From positions 1-64,000 of the forward strand of contig NZ_CAMFLA010000021.1 in the NCBI RefSeq assembly GCF_945957525.1: DNA of 64,000 bases, written 5' to 3'. Source of the stretch: an uncultured Aquitalea sp. Lineage in GTDB: Bacteria; Pseudomonadota; Gammaproteobacteria; Burkholderiales; Chromobacteriaceae. A program made the translations under genes and the position numbers. How positions within the stretch are numbered: the stretch's first letter is position 1; every line of letters starts with the position of its first letter. The notes under the pieces are model-generated. The model did no database searches. It was not told the DNA's origin and saw only the letters and a program-made list of their open reading frames with translations. Positions 46,936-57,386 of this stretch are shown one piece after another.

Positions 46936-48249
46936 TCAGGCGTTGTTACCCATCAGGGCGTCAAACGGCAGATCCTTTTCCACCACTTTAGCCTTGGACA
47001 GGACGAATTCGACCACATTGTCTTCCAGCACCATGGAGGTCGGGCCTTCCAGGCGTTCCGGGCTGGCGTAGTACCAGCTCACCACTTCGGCCGGATGCTC
47101 GTAGCTGTCGGCGAACTCTTCGATCATGGACTTGATCTGCTCGTCCTTGGCTTCCAGCTTGTTGGCTTCCACCACTTCCGCCAGAATCAGGCCCAGCGCC
47201 ACGCGGCGTTCTGCTTGCTGGGCAAACAGTTCCGGCGGGAAGGGCATGTTCTTCACGTCCATGCCGCGTTGTTGCATGTCGCGTTGAGCCTGCTCGATCA
47301 GGCGACCGATTTCCAACTGAACCAGCGACTTCGGCAGGGTGATTTCGGTGGCGTCCAGCAGAGCCTGCATCACGGCTTCCTTGGTGCGAGCCTGCAGGCG
47401 GCGCTTCACTTCGCGCTCAACGTTCTTGCGGATTTCGCCGCGCATTTTTTCCACATCGCCGTCAGCAATGCCCAGCAGCTTGGCGAACTCTTCGTTCACT
47501 TCCGGCAGTTGGGCTTCAGCCACGTTCTTCACGGTGATTTCGAACACGGCGGTTTTGCCGGCCACATCCTTGCCGTGATAGTCGGCCGGGAAAGCCACTT
47601 CCACGCTCTTGGTTTCGCCTTCCTTCAGACCGGTAACGCCGGTTTCGAAGTCAGCCAGCATCTGGCCTTGGCCCAGCACGAAGGGGAAGTTTTCAGCGGA
47701 ACCGCCTTCGAAGGCCACACCGTCGATGCTGCCCTTGAAGTCGATGATCACGCGGTCGCCAGCGGCGGCTTCACGCTCAACGCGGGTGAAACGGGTGCGT
47801 TGCTTGCGCAGGATGTCGATAGTCTTGTCGATTTCGACATCGGACACCGGGGTATTCGGCTTTTCGATTTCCTTGTCGGCCAGCTCGCCCACTTTCACTT
47901 CCGGGTATACCTCGAAAGTAGCGGCAAACTTGAAGTTCTCTGCGTCGCCTTCAGCGGCAACAGGTTCAAAACGCGGATAGCCGGCCACGCGCAGCTTCTG
48001 CTCGCTTACCGCGGCGTAGAAACCTTGTTGAACCTGCTCGCCCAACACTTCTTCACGCACCTGGGCGCCGTAGTTCATTTCCACGATCTTCAGCGGAGCC
48101 TTGCCCGGGCGGAAACCTTGGATCTTGGCGCCGCGAGCCACGCGCTTCAGGCGCTCGGCCACTTGCGCATCGATGGCAGCCATCGGCAGTGCGATATTCA
48201 TGCGACGCTCAAGATTGCTCAACGTTTCCAGTTGTACTTGCATGTTCAA
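46936..48249 (-). CDS. tig: Trigger factor.
   Basis: It has the ribosome-binding N-domain (GFRPGKAP), an FKBP domain and a C-domain. Confidence 0.95.
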   Translation of the reverse strand: MNMQVQLETLSNLERRMNIALPMAAIDAQVAERLKRVARGAKIQGFRPGKAPLKIVEMNYGAQVREEVLGEQVQQGFYAAVSEQKLRVAGYPRFEPVAAEGDAENFKFAATFEVYPEVKVGELADKEIEKPNTPVSDVEIDKTIDILRKQRTRFTRVEREAAAGDRVIIDFKGSIDGVAFEGGSAENFPFVLGQGQMLADFETGVTGLKEGETKSVEVAFPADYHGKDVAGKTAVFEITVKNVAEAQLPEVNEEFAKLLGIADGDVEKMRGEIRKNVEREVKRRLQARTKEAVMQALLDATEITLPKSLVQLEIGRLIEQAQRDMQQRGMDVKNMPFPPELFAQQAERRVALGLILAEVVEANKLEAKDEQIKSMIEEFADSYEHPAEVVSWYYASPERLEGPTSMVLEDNVVEFVLSKAKVVEKDLPFDALMGNNA

Positions 48250-48701
48250 TCCTCAAACTTGTAACGAGTTTAGTCTGTGCGACCACCCAGCCGGCCTTGG
48301 CCTCTGGGAAAAGGTCTGATGCGGACCCGGTCCGTTCATGGCGATGGCAGTGTAGATGGGGGCACACCCCGCGACTGCAAGTCTGCAGCCATCCTGCCCG
48401 CCGCATGCGACGAACCACGCCCATCGGCGAAAACGCCCAGTATACCATGCACCCCGCTTTTGTCTGCAGCGTTTGCGGCCATGGTCAAGCCGCCTGTGGC
48501 GGGGCTTGCAGCCCGCCTCATGTCGCAATAACCCACCGAATAAAGTGGATTTAATGACTTGCAGGGCTATAACCGAGATGTGCGCTCGTAAACAGAATCA
48601 CGCCGTCTTGATGCTTGCCGGTTTTGTTTTGATAGATAAAATGCCAAAACAATAAAAAGCAAGATTCACAAGGCGCGGCAACCATCCCTTCGGAGAGTTT
48701 C

Positions 48702-49835
48702 ATGTTTTTCGCTGACAAAAAACGCCAGGCACTGCTGGAAAAAGACAAAACCATCAGCATGCTTTATCAGTTGCTGGACCAGTCCGACAATCTGATCATG
48801 TTGGCCGAAGACACAGACGACAACGCCATCTTTTATATGAATCGCACCGCCAAGGCCTTGCTGCACCAACATCGTCTGGCGCTGAATCAGTCCTTCGCCG
48901 CGGGTGTGGACGTAGACAACGCCTTCCAGCACAGCATTCATCAGTTTCACAAAGACCCCAACCGCATCCGCCAACTGCTAGCCCGCATCAAGCGCCGGGA
49001 GATCAGCCATCACGAAGCGCTGATTCCGGTGGGCGAGATCACCTTCAAGACCAAAGTATTTCCGATCTGGAATCCCGACAACGGCGAGCTGCTTTGCTTC
49101 ATGGCCAGCTTCCAGGACGTCTCGGCGGAAGAAAAAGCCAGAAAGCTGCAAGCCTCCAACGACATCTACAAAACCTTCGAAAGCCAGATCCAGTCGCTGT
49201 CAGAAAACATCAACGGCCTGGCCGCCACCATTGAAATGGTGGCCGTGCGCACCGCCGAAGCCAGCCGCTCGGCCGAAATCATGAACGATCAGGCCGACCT
49301 CGGCGCGACGCTGACAGAAAAAAACGCCGCCAATATGAAGGCCGTCACCGACATCGTGGCGGAAACCACCACCAGCCTGGAACAACTTGGCGTGCAGTCC
49401 GAATCCATCGGCAAAATCGTCAGCGTGATCAAGGACATCGCCGACCAGACCAATCTGCTGGCGCTGAATGCGGCCATCGAGGCCGCGCGCGCCGGCGAAA
49501 CCGGGCGCGGCTTCGCCGTAGTAGCCGACGAGGTGCGCAAGCTGGCCGAACGCACCAGCAAGGCAACGCAGGAAATCGAAGGCATGATCTCCGGCGTGCA
49601 AAGCATGGTGAAAAGCAACGTCAGCAAAGTGCTGAGCGGCAAGAAGTTTGTTGAAAGCGCCGGCGAGGATTTCAAGGTGGCCGAAGCCGCCATGAGCCGC
49701 ATTACCGACGAGGTGGGCAATGTCAAAGACTTCATTGTTGAAATCGCCAATGCGGCGGAAGAGCAAGCCAGCACTGCGCAAGACATCAACGCCAAGCTGG
49801 AAGACGTGATCAACACCACCCGCGCGCCGCGCTGA
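48702..49835 (+). CDS. Soluble (non-membrane) methyl-accepting chemotaxis protein with an N-terminal PAS-like sensing region.
   Basis: The C-terminal MCP signalling domain is [35 protein letters not shown]. There are no TM segments, and the SD is GGAGAG. Confidence 0.8.
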   Translation: MFFADKKRQALLEKDKTISMLYQLLDQSDNLIMLAEDTDDNAIFYMNRTAKALLHQHRLALNQSFAAGVDVDNAFQHSIHQFHKDPNRIRQLLARIKRREISHHEALIPVGEITFKTKVFPIWNPDNGELLCFMASFQDVSAEEKARKLQASNDIYKTFESQIQSLSENINGLAATIEMVAVRTAEASRSAEIMNDQADLGATLTEKNAANMKAVTDIVAETTTSLEQLGVQSESIGKIVSVIKDIADQTNLLALNAAIEAARAGETGRGFAVVADEVRKLAERTSKATQEIEGMISGVQSMVKSNVSKVLSGKKFVESAGEDFKVAEAAMSRITDEVGNVKDFIVEIANAAEEQASTAQDINAKLEDVINTTRAPR

Positions 49836-49888
49836 AACCACCCTTCGGCCAACCTTATGCCGAGGCCCGACAACGGGCCTCGGCATGT

Positions 49889-51148
49889 TCATGCAGTCGT
49901 TTTTTTGAACGGACTGATGGCCGGCGCATCCGGTGCCTTTACCAGCCCGAAGCCATGCTTGATCACGGCATTGAGCACCGGCTGGCGATGCCGCATCCAT
50001 AGACGGGTAACCACCGGCTTGCAGCCCATGCGCGCCTTGGGCTCAAGCGCGGTGCGCCCGTACACCACCCGGCGCGCACCAGCGTCCAGCGCCACCTCCA
50101 CCGAGGCGTGCAACAACCGCAGATACAAGGGAAGATCCTTGGCCGCTTGCCGATCGAAGCCAATCTGCGCCGCCGTGACTGTTTCTCCATCCAGCAATAG
50201 CAGCAGGAAGCCCAGCAATTCACCCTGCTTGCGCACGGCGCGAATGCGCACCCTATCCGGGCCTAGCGCCGCCATGCTGGCCCAGTAGCGCCCCCCTACG
50301 GTTACCGGCCGCAGGCTGGCATTGTCCTGCACCGCCAGATACTGGTCCTGCATGCGTCCCGCCAGCGCCGCCACCTCGACGAGCGTGAGATCCGCCAGCT
50401 GGCAGCCGGCCTCTTCCATCGGCTTGAAAATCTGCTGTTTCACGCTGCTGCGGTATTTGGACGCCATACTGGCCAGATAGTCGGCATGCGTTTTCCAGGC
50501 CGGGTCCAGTTCCAGCACCATATTGGGCTCGGTGCTCATGGCGCGATAACTCAACTGGCGCAGCATACCACTGTCGGCGTGCGCCGCCTCGTCCAGATCC
50601 TTGATCATGATGAAATCGATCTGCCCATTGAGTTTTTCGGCGCGACGCAGGCGATAAAGCATCTCCGCCACCGCGTGCCAGCGGGTGAACGGGTCCAACT
50701 CGGGATCGCTGGCCACGCCATCCAGCCCGTAGCTGAGCATGTTGCCGCACACCATGAGCTTTTGCTGCAGACGCGGCTCCACGTTTTCATTAATGGCGGC
50801 AATCAGCGAACCCTCTTTCGGCAAACCTTTGGAGGCGCGCGTGGCGTGGAAGCGGTCCAGCCCCACATCCAGGAGCTGCACGGCCACCGCCGCCAGCGGC
50901 CGCGTACCTTCGTAGGCCATGGCATAGCGGTGCTCCATGCCCTCCGTGCCGGCGGCCTCCATGGCGCGCAGGTAATCGCGCGACATCAGCAAATGCCGCC
51001 CCGCCAGCAAGGCATCCCAATGCGCGGGGTTGAGGTAATCAATCCGCTCGGCAAAAACAAAATGCAGCGGCGTGGCTTGCCGCAAAGTGCGCCGCAAGCG
51101 CAGTCGATCGCCCCAACGCTTGGCGAAGCCAGACAGTTTCTTGTTCAT
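49889..51148 (-). CDS. FemAB/BioF2-like GNAT-superfamily acyltransferase (DUF482-type), function unknown.
   Basis: The protein is about 420 aa with a GNAT-like C-terminus (..GELLGFLLLLLDGETVTAAQIGFD..). The start is at MNKKLSGF.. (ATG at 51146-51148). Confidence 0.45.
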   Translation of the reverse strand: MNKKLSGFAKRWGDRLRLRRTLRQATPLHFVFAERIDYLNPAHWDALLAGRHLLMSRDYLRAMEAAGTEGMEHRYAMAYEGTRPLAAVAVQLLDVGLDRFHATRASKGLPKEGSLIAAINENVEPRLQQKLMVCGNMLSYGLDGVASDPELDPFTRWHAVAEMLYRLRRAEKLNGQIDFIMIKDLDEAAHADSGMLRQLSYRAMSTEPNMVLELDPAWKTHADYLASMASKYRSSVKQQIFKPMEEAGCQLADLTLVEVAALAGRMQDQYLAVQDNASLRPVTVGGRYWASMAALGPDRVRIRAVRKQGELLGFLLLLLDGETVTAAQIGFDRQAAKDLPLYLRLLHASVEVALDAGARRVVYGRTALEPKARMGCKPVVTRLWMRHRQPVLNAVIKHGFGLVKAPDAPAISPFKKTTA

Positions 51149-51358
51149 GACATCGGGCTCGCAAAAAAGCGTCAGTGTGCACGGATGGCATGATGAGCTC
51201 AAGGGGTGGCGGCAAGACGCAACCAGAAGAACCCGCCCAGCGCATCGGCAAGGCAACCCGACCGCAGCGCGGGCAACGCCATCAAACAGACTGGGATGCA
51301 GCGTCAACCGCCACGTCACCCTATCGGCTGCCGATCAGCTTGCCGTCTCCGGCGCCGA

Positions 51359-52135
51359 TCATGCCGCCCGTGTCGTAACCGTCTGCCGATGATGACGCAG
51401 GTGAACCGGCCATTGGTACACGTCCTGCAAACACTCAGGCGTGAGGGTCATCGCCGGTTCGCCGCTAGCGATCAGGCGTCCCTGATCCAACAAGGCCACG
51501 TGGTGGGCGTACTCTGCCGCTAGCGCAAGGTCATGCAGCACTTGCACTACGGTATGGCCGGCGTCGGCCAAGGCGCGCAGCAAAAGCTGCAGGCGGTGCT
51601 GGTGCCGCAGATCGAGGTGATTGGTGGGCTCATCCAGCAGGATGACGGGTGCGGACTGCACCAGTGCGCGGGCGATGGCGGCGCGTTGGCGTTCGCCGCC
51701 GGACAGCGCCGCCAGCCGCATGCCGGCCTTGGGTACCAACTCGACGGCATCCAGCGCTTGCGCCACTGCCTGGCGGTCTGCTGCGGAAGGTTGGCCGAAG
51801 GCGCCCAGGTGCGGTATGCGCCCCAGGCCGGCAAACTCCGCCACAGTCAGCGGCACATCGCCTGGCAGGTGTTGCGGCACCCAGGCGATGAGGCCGGCGC
51901 GTTCTCGCGGCGTCAGAGCATGCGCGGCTCTTCCGGCCACGCGCGCCTCGCCCGCCGAGGGAGGCTGCAAACCGGCCAGCAGGCGCAGCAGGGTGGTTTT
52001 TCCCGCACCGTTGGGCCCCAGAAGCGCGCTGACGCGACCGGCAGGCAGGCGCAAATGGATATCGCTCAGTAATGGGCGGCCGCCCAAGGCGTAGCTCAGC
52101 GAGCGCGCCTCCAGCGCAGCGTGGATGTCAGGCAT
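51359..52135 (-). CDS. hmuV: Hemin ABC transporter ATP-binding protein.
   Basis: Walker A GPNGAGKTT, the LSGGERQR signature and Walker B ILLDEPT are present. The start at MPDIHAAL.. overlaps the hmuU stop. Confidence 0.8.
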   Translation of the reverse strand: MPDIHAALEARSLSYALGGRPLLSDIHLRLPAGRVSALLGPNGAGKTTLLRLLAGLQPPSAGEARVAGRAAHALTPRERAGLIAWVPQHLPGDVPLTVAEFAGLGRIPHLGAFGQPSAADRQAVAQALDAVELVPKAGMRLAALSGGERQRAAIARALVQSAPVILLDEPTNHLDLRHQHRLQLLLRALADAGHTVVQVLHDLALAAEYAHHVALLDQGRLIASGEPAMTLTPECLQDVYQWPVHLRHHRQTVTTRAA

Positions 52136-53078
52136 GACTCGAATTCCCTCTTTGCCGACGGAACAACCAGACGAAAAACGGCGGACCGGCAAAGGCGGAC
52201 AGCAACCCCACCGGCAAATCCAACGGCCAGGCCACACTGCGCGCCACCGTGTCCATGGCCAGCAGGAACAGCCCGCCCGCCCAGGCGGACAGCAGGATCA
52301 GGCGACGACGACAGCCACCGGCCAGCAGCGCCAGGGCATTGGGGATCATCATGCCGACAAAGCCGATAACGCCTGCCAGCGCTACCGCGCCACCCGTGGC
52401 AAGCGCGGCGCCAACCGTGGCCAGCCGGCGGATGCGCACGGTATCCACGCCCATGGAGCGGGCGGTTTCCTCCCCCAGCATCAGGCAGTCCAGATGGCGG
52501 CCCAAGGCCACCAGGCCCAGAATGCCCAGCCCCACTGCCAGCAAGGCCGGCCATTGGCTGCCGGGCAGAGCTGCACCAAGATTGCCGGCCAGCCAGCTGC
52601 TGGCGGCGCGCAAGGTGAGGTCGTCCGACAGGAACAGCAGCAAGCCGGCTACCGCGCCGCAGAAAGCGCCGATCACCAAGCCCATCAGCAACAGGCCCGC
52701 CAATCCGCCCTGCGCCAGTCGGGACAGCAACAAGATCAGCCAGGTGGCTGCCAGCCCGCCGACAAAGGCGGCCAGCGGCAGCGACACGCCAGCCCAGCCC
52801 AGCGACAACACGGCGATCACCGCCAACGCCGCGCCGCTGGAGGTGCCAATCAGCCCCGGGTCCGCCAGCGGGTTGCGGAACAGCGCCTGCAAGGCCGCCC
52901 CGCTGGCGGCCAGCGCCGCCCCCACCGCCAGTGCCGCAGCGATGCGCGGCAAACGCAAGGCCGGCAGCAAGGGATCGGACCAGTCCGGCCAGGCCCACTG
53001 CCCGCCGCCGCTCATCAAGGCCAGCAAGGGCAATATCACGCTCAGCAGCACCAACCCCGGCAGCAGGCCGCGATCCAT
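52128..53078 (-). CDS. hmuU: Hemin ABC transporter permease (FecCD family).
   Basis: The FecCD-type TM architecture is present. The start may instead be the GTG at 53087. Confidence 0.8.
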   Translation of the reverse strand: MDRGLLPGLVLLSVILPLLALMSGGGQWAWPDWSDPLLPALRLPRIAAALAVGAALAASGAALQALFRNPLADPGLIGTSSGAALAVIAVLSLGWAGVSLPLAAFVGGLAATWLILLLSRLAQGGLAGLLLMGLVIGAFCGAVAGLLLFLSDDLTLRAASSWLAGNLGAALPGSQWPALLAVGLGILGLVALGRHLDCLMLGEETARSMGVDTVRIRRLATVGAALATGGAVALAGVIGFVGMMIPNALALLAGGCRRRLILLSAWAGGLFLLAMDTVARSVAWPLDLPVGLLSAFAGPPFFVWLFRRQRGNSSHA

Positions 53079-53083
53079 CCGCT

Positions 53084-53875
53084 TCACATCTTCACCATGC
53101 GATCCACCACGGCCGGGCTATCCAGTCCCACCAGCATGGCTTGTTGCGGCGGCAGCAAGTAGATGCGGCCCTGTTTGCCGGCCGGCGTGGCTGCCACCTC
53201 CGGCCGGCGAGCGAAGGCTTCCTTGCCGCCGTAAGCGGCCGCCGTATGGCTGCCGAGGATGATCACGTCCGGTTGAAGGGCAATCCAGGCATCCCGGTTG
53301 AGCGGCTTGAAGCCGGACAATCCTGCGGCCGCATTCACGCCGCCGGCGGCGCGGATCAGCGTATCGGACGCAGTATCTCGCCCGGCCGCCAGCGTACCGT
53401 CGTAGCTCACCAGATAGCGCACTTGTCGCTCCGGCCGGGCGCGCATGGCGTCCTGCCAGCGCGCCGCCAGCGTTTCCGCCGCGGCGGCACGGCCCAGCAA
53501 GGCACCCACTTTGCGAATGGCGTCGGCGAAATCGGTACCGTCTTCACGCGCGCTGACCTCCTCCGCCCGCAGATTCAGCTTTCTCAGCCGATCCCATAGA
53601 TTGACCGGCTGAGCTGCTGCGCTGCCCAACACCAGCGAGGGCTTGAGCCGGGCGATGGTTTCTGCGTTCAGGGCGCGAGAAAAACCCACCACTTGCGCCG
53701 CCGCCAGCTCGGGCTCGCGGCTGGAACGGTCGCGCCCCACCACGTCGCCGGCGGCGCCCAGGGCCACCACAATACTAGCGATGTCGGGCGTCACGACTAC
53801 CACGCGTTCCGCCGCCCACGCCGGCAGCGCCAAGCCGGCCAGCAGTGCGCCCATGGGCCATGACTTACGCCACAT
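53084..53875 (-). CDS. hmuT: Periplasmic hemin-binding protein (class III SBP).
   Basis: It has a signal peptide (..LLAGLALPAWAAE) and a ChuT/HmuT-like fold. Confidence 0.75.
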   Translation of the reverse strand: MWRKSWPMGALLAGLALPAWAAERVVVVTPDIASIVVALGAAGDVVGRDRSSREPELAAAQVVGFSRALNAETIARLKPSLVLGSAAAQPVNLWDRLRKLNLRAEEVSAREDGTDFADAIRKVGALLGRAAAAETLAARWQDAMRARPERQVRYLVSYDGTLAAGRDTASDTLIRAAGGVNAAAGLSGFKPLNRDAWIALQPDVIILGSHTAAAYGGKEAFARRPEVAATPAGKQGRIYLLPPQQAMLVGLDSPAVVDRMVKM

Positions 53876-54899
53876 CGGCCTGCTCCTGAAGGGGCAGTTC
53901 GCCCAATAGCTTCACCCATTCGGCGCGCTCGGGACGGCCCGGTTTGCGTTCGCCGAAGAAGGTCACCAGCGATTCGCCCGCGTCGTCGAACAGTTCCAGC
54001 GAGGTCACTACACCGTTGTCGCCCGGCTTGCGCGTCACCCAGGCCTCGGCCACCAGATCGGTGCGCAGATGCAGGTTGAAATCGCTATCCAGCACATTGA
54101 GCCAGTCGCCCACCACGCTGACATTGCTGATGGGGCCGGTATGAATCTGGATCAGGCTGCGATTGCCGGCAAATACCATGATGGGCAAGGCGGTGGCAGC
54201 CGCCCGGCGCAGCAGTTGTTCCACCGCGTGTTCAGCTACTCGCCAGGCCAGCCCTTTGGGCGCGAGGCGGAAACCCTGACGGCGCGACACGCCCCAGCGG
54301 CGCAGGAAGGGGTGAAATTCATGCACATCTTTCAAGGACAGCCATTCAGCGCGGAAGGCATCCAGATCCACCGCCTCATCGGCCGCCTCGCCCGGCAATG
54401 CCTCCACCGGCTCCAGCGTCAGCGCGGCCGGCGCTTCGGCAAACCTTGCCGCCAGCGCATCAAAGGCGTCGATATTGCTTTCTTCAGTGAGAAATACCTT
54501 GTGCACGGCGTCGCCGTGACGATCGAAAAACTGCAAGCTGCGCTGCACGCCGCGCGGGGTGGCGGTGCGCAGCACAAAGCCGTAGCGCCAGTGGAACAGG
54601 AAGATGCGCAGGTCGATCACCGGATTCATGGCCAGGCCCACCTTGCCTTCAAACGACACGTTGTCGTACAAACCCAGGGTTTCATGCACGCAGGCGTGAT
54701 TGCGCGTCAGCGCCATCACCCGGCCCAGACTGGCCAGCGAGGACAGGATGTCCTCCCAGTGAGGTTGCAGCCTTACCGCCGTGGGGTCGGCCGCCGCCAA
54801 TTCGCATTCACTGACATGCAGCGCCGCTGCGGCATCGCGAACACGCAGGCGGGGCTGTCCGGCCTTGAGGGCTTGATAACGGTCCCAGAGCAGACTCAT
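53865..54899 (-). CDS. hmuS: Cytoplasmic heme-degrading and heme-storage protein (ChuS/HemS/HmuS family).
   Basis: It is collinear with ChuS, including the duplicated-domain structure (..GDWLNVLDSDFNLHLRTDLVAEAWVTRKP..GVVTSLELFD). The start is at MSLLWDRYQ.. (ATG at 54897-54899). Confidence 0.8.
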   Translation of the reverse strand: MSLLWDRYQALKAGQPRLRVRDAAAALHVSECELAAADPTAVRLQPHWEDILSSLASLGRVMALTRNHACVHETLGLYDNVSFEGKVGLAMNPVIDLRIFLFHWRYGFVLRTATPRGVQRSLQFFDRHGDAVHKVFLTEESNIDAFDALAARFAEAPAALTLEPVEALPGEAADEAVDLDAFRAEWLSLKDVHEFHPFLRRWGVSRRQGFRLAPKGLAWRVAEHAVEQLLRRAAATALPIMVFAGNRSLIQIHTGPISNVSVVGDWLNVLDSDFNLHLRTDLVAEAWVTRKPGDNGVVTSLELFDDAGESLVTFFGERKPGRPERAEWVKLLGELPLQEQADVA

Positions 54900-54925
54900 G
54901 GTTGTCTCCTTTGACATCAGGGGGA

Positions 54926-57115
54926 TCAGAAACGGTACTCGACGCTGGCGCTCAGGTTGCGCCCAGGCTGGGTGTAACGGTCCAGTGTCGCGTCAGTGGC
55001 GGACATACCGCGCACATCGGCGGCTTTCCAGTATTTGCGGTCCAGCAGATTGAACACGCCGGCACGCACCGTGGTGTTCTTGAGCGGACGCCACCATGCG
55101 GTGAGGTCCAGCGTGGCGTAGCCCGGTGCGGCAAAACTGGCGGCCCCGGCGGCGGTTTGCACCGGGATGCGACTGTTGCGCGCCACTGCGGTAAGCAGCA
55201 GTTCGCCGCCCGCGCTGTCCTGGTCGAAGCGCAAGCCCAGTACGCCGGTTAGCGGCGCAATGGAGGCCAGCGGGGTGTTGTCGTCCAGATTGTCGCCGCG
55301 GGCGTAGGCCAGCGAGGCCTGCAACTGCCAGCCGGGCGCAGGCCGCCACGCCGCGCGCCCTTCCACGCCGCGAATATTGACGCGGCCGATGTTCTGGTAC
55401 TGGTAGGTCAGCAGACCGTTGACCATGCCCAGACTTTGCTGCTCGATGAAATCGCGGTAGCGGTTAGCGAAGGCGGTCAGGCCAAAATCAACGCTGCCCC
55501 AGCGCCCCTTAAGCCCCAGCTCCAGCCCTTTGCTGGTTTCCGACTTGAGATTGGGATTGGCCACCACCTGATAGCCGTAAGTGCGGTTGGCGAAAGCCAT
55601 ATTGGCGTCGTCAAAGGGCGGCGCGCGAAAACCGGTGGCCAGCTGGGCAAAGCCGGTCAGCCCGCCGCCCATGGGCACACTCAGACCCAGCTTGGGCGAG
55701 AAAGCGCTGTCGCTAAAGCCGGCCACAAGTTGCCCCTGGCTATTGGCGTAAGCCTGATCAGGCTGAGTGCTCATGCGGAACTGGTCCCAGCGCAGTGCCG
55801 GCGACAGGGTAAGGTCGCCCGCCAGGCGGATTTCATCCTGCACAAACAGACCGACACGGGTGGAAGTGCTGTCCGGGAAGGTTTTGTTGGGGAAGGTTTC
55901 GCCGCCTACGGTATTGCTCACGCCGCCGCTGGCGCTGTGCTGGGTCTTCATGCGCGGGCGACTGGTGTCTGCCTGGCTGACGTCCGCGCCCCATTGCAGC
56001 CAGTGGCGCGCGCCTAGCCAATCCAGCCGCTGATCCGCGTCCAGCCGCACCCCGGTGATGGTTTGCCGAAAGTTGTAATCGGAAACAATGCGGCTGCCGT
56101 CGGCATAGCGTTCCAGCGCGTTGTCGGCGTTGTCCAGCCGCTGCTGGTAGAGCTGCACGGCAAGCCGCTCGAACGGCCCCAGCTGCCTCCCCTCCCAGGA
56201 CAGCGCAAAGCGGTCGCGCTGCACGTGGTCCGCCGCGGTCTGGTCATTCAGACCCCGCACCAGCCTGCCGCGCGCATTGACGTAGCTGCCGTACAGCGTA
56301 TTGAGGAGGCGCGTGTCCGTGTCGCGCCGGTAATGCTCCAGCGTCAGTTCCAGCCGTTGATTGGCGTCGGGCCGATAACCCAGCTTGGCCAGCACATTGT
56401 CGCTTTGCCAATCTTGCGGATTGGGTGTGGTCCGCGCTGCGCCAGCGACATCCTTGTTGCCCTGATTGTCGGTTTGATGGCCGTCGCGGTGGGTAAACAT
56501 CAGCAAGGCGTCGGTTTTCTCACCCTTGACGCCCAGCGCAGCGCTGCCGCCCCAGCCGTCGTTGGCGTTGCCGCCGAAAGCCTTGACGCTGCCGCCCACG
56601 CCCTGCTCCGCCTCAACGAAATCATCCGCCGTCAGCGTTCGGTAGCCGATGACGCCGCCAATGGCGTCCGAGCCGTACAAGCTGGAGCTGGGGCCGCGCA
56701 CGACATCAATGGCGCGCAGGGTTTCCAGTTCGACGAAATCGCGACCCGAAACCGCGCCATTGCCGTTGCCGCCGCCCGCATAGGCGTCCGGCAAGCGCTG
56801 ACCGTCGATCAGCATCAGGATGCGGTTGCCGTCCATGCCGCGAATGCTGTAGCCGGCATTGCCGCGACGATTGGGGTCCGACGCCACTTCCACGCCCGGT
56901 TCAAAGCGGGTGGCATCGGAAATATCGCGAGACAGCCTGTCGTCCAGTTTGTGGCGGGACACCACACTGGCCGAAGGCGCGGTTTCCTCCAACGGTTTTT
57001 CGCGGTTGTGCGCCGTCACCTGCACAGTGTCGAGCTGTTGCGGATCTGCGGCGGCATGGGCCGGCCAGGCGTGAGCCAGTGCCAGCACCAGGGGGGTGGC
57101 GCGTAACAGTGCCAT
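54926..57115 (-). CDS. hmuR: TonB-dependent outer-membrane hemin/hemoglobin receptor.
   Basis: A signal peptide is present. The plug domain carries a TonB box region (DTVQVTA), and the C-terminal TonB-dependent-receptor barrel ends ..VEYRF. The FRAP/NPNL-like heme-receptor region is also present. Confidence 0.85.
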   Translation of the reverse strand: MALLRATPLVLALAHAWPAHAAADPQQLDTVQVTAHNREKPLEETAPSASVVSRHKLDDRLSRDISDATRFEPGVEVASDPNRRGNAGYSIRGMDGNRILMLIDGQRLPDAYAGGGNGNGAVSGRDFVELETLRAIDVVRGPSSSLYGSDAIGGVIGYRTLTADDFVEAEQGVGGSVKAFGGNANDGWGGSAALGVKGEKTDALLMFTHRDGHQTDNQGNKDVAGAARTTPNPQDWQSDNVLAKLGYRPDANQRLELTLEHYRRDTDTRLLNTLYGSYVNARGRLVRGLNDQTAADHVQRDRFALSWEGRQLGPFERLAVQLYQQRLDNADNALERYADGSRIVSDYNFRQTITGVRLDADQRLDWLGARHWLQWGADVSQADTSRPRMKTQHSASGGVSNTVGGETFPNKTFPDSTSTRVGLFVQDEIRLAGDLTLSPALRWDQFRMSTQPDQAYANSQGQLVAGFSDSAFSPKLGLSVPMGGGLTGFAQLATGFRAPPFDDANMAFANRTYGYQVVANPNLKSETSKGLELGLKGRWGSVDFGLTAFANRYRDFIEQQSLGMVNGLLTYQYQNIGRVNIRGVEGRAAWRPAPGWQLQASLAYARGDNLDDNTPLASIAPLTGVLGLRFDQDSAGGELLLTAVARNSRIPVQTAAGAASFAAPGYATLDLTAWWRPLKNTTVRAGVFNLLDRKYWKAADVRGMSATDATLDRYTQPGRNLSASVEYRF

Positions 57116-57182
57116 GGAAACTCCAGTGTCCTAGTGGTTTCACGCTGGCTGGCTGCTGGCTGGCTGGCGATGCTTTAGTTGT

Positions 57183-57365
57183 TTATTTGATGAGTATGAG
57201 CTTGCCGTTGCGGGTAATCTGCAAACGGTAAGTGTCGCCCTGATGCTCGATCAGGATTTCGCGACAAGCGCCGAACAATCGACGGCTGTCCACGATGACG
57301 GCGTCGGCCTGCGGTTTCGCGGCAGCCGCCTCCGCGGGCTGGGCGGAAGAGAAGTTGCGATTCAT
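57183..57365 (-). CDS. hemP: Hemin uptake protein HemP (small hemP/hmuP family).
   Basis: The C-terminal signature is ..ILIEHQGDTYRLQITRNGKLILIK. The start ATG at 57363-57365 was chosen because the Fur box lies immediately upstream. The alternative TTG at 57401 would put the Fur box inside the CDS. Confidence 0.6.
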   Translation of the reverse strand: MNRNFSSAQPAEAAAAKPQADAVIVDSRRLFGACREILIEHQGDTYRLQITRNGKLILIK

Positions 57366-57367
57366 TC

Positions 57368-57386
57368 GATAATGATAACCATTATC
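57368..57386. promoter_or_regulatory. Fur box (GATAATGATAACCATTATC), a near-perfect match to the 19-bp consensus GATAATGATAATCATTATC.
   Basis: It matches the consensus at 18 of 19 positions and sits at the 5' end of the hemP-hmuRSTUV operon. Confidence 0.85.
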
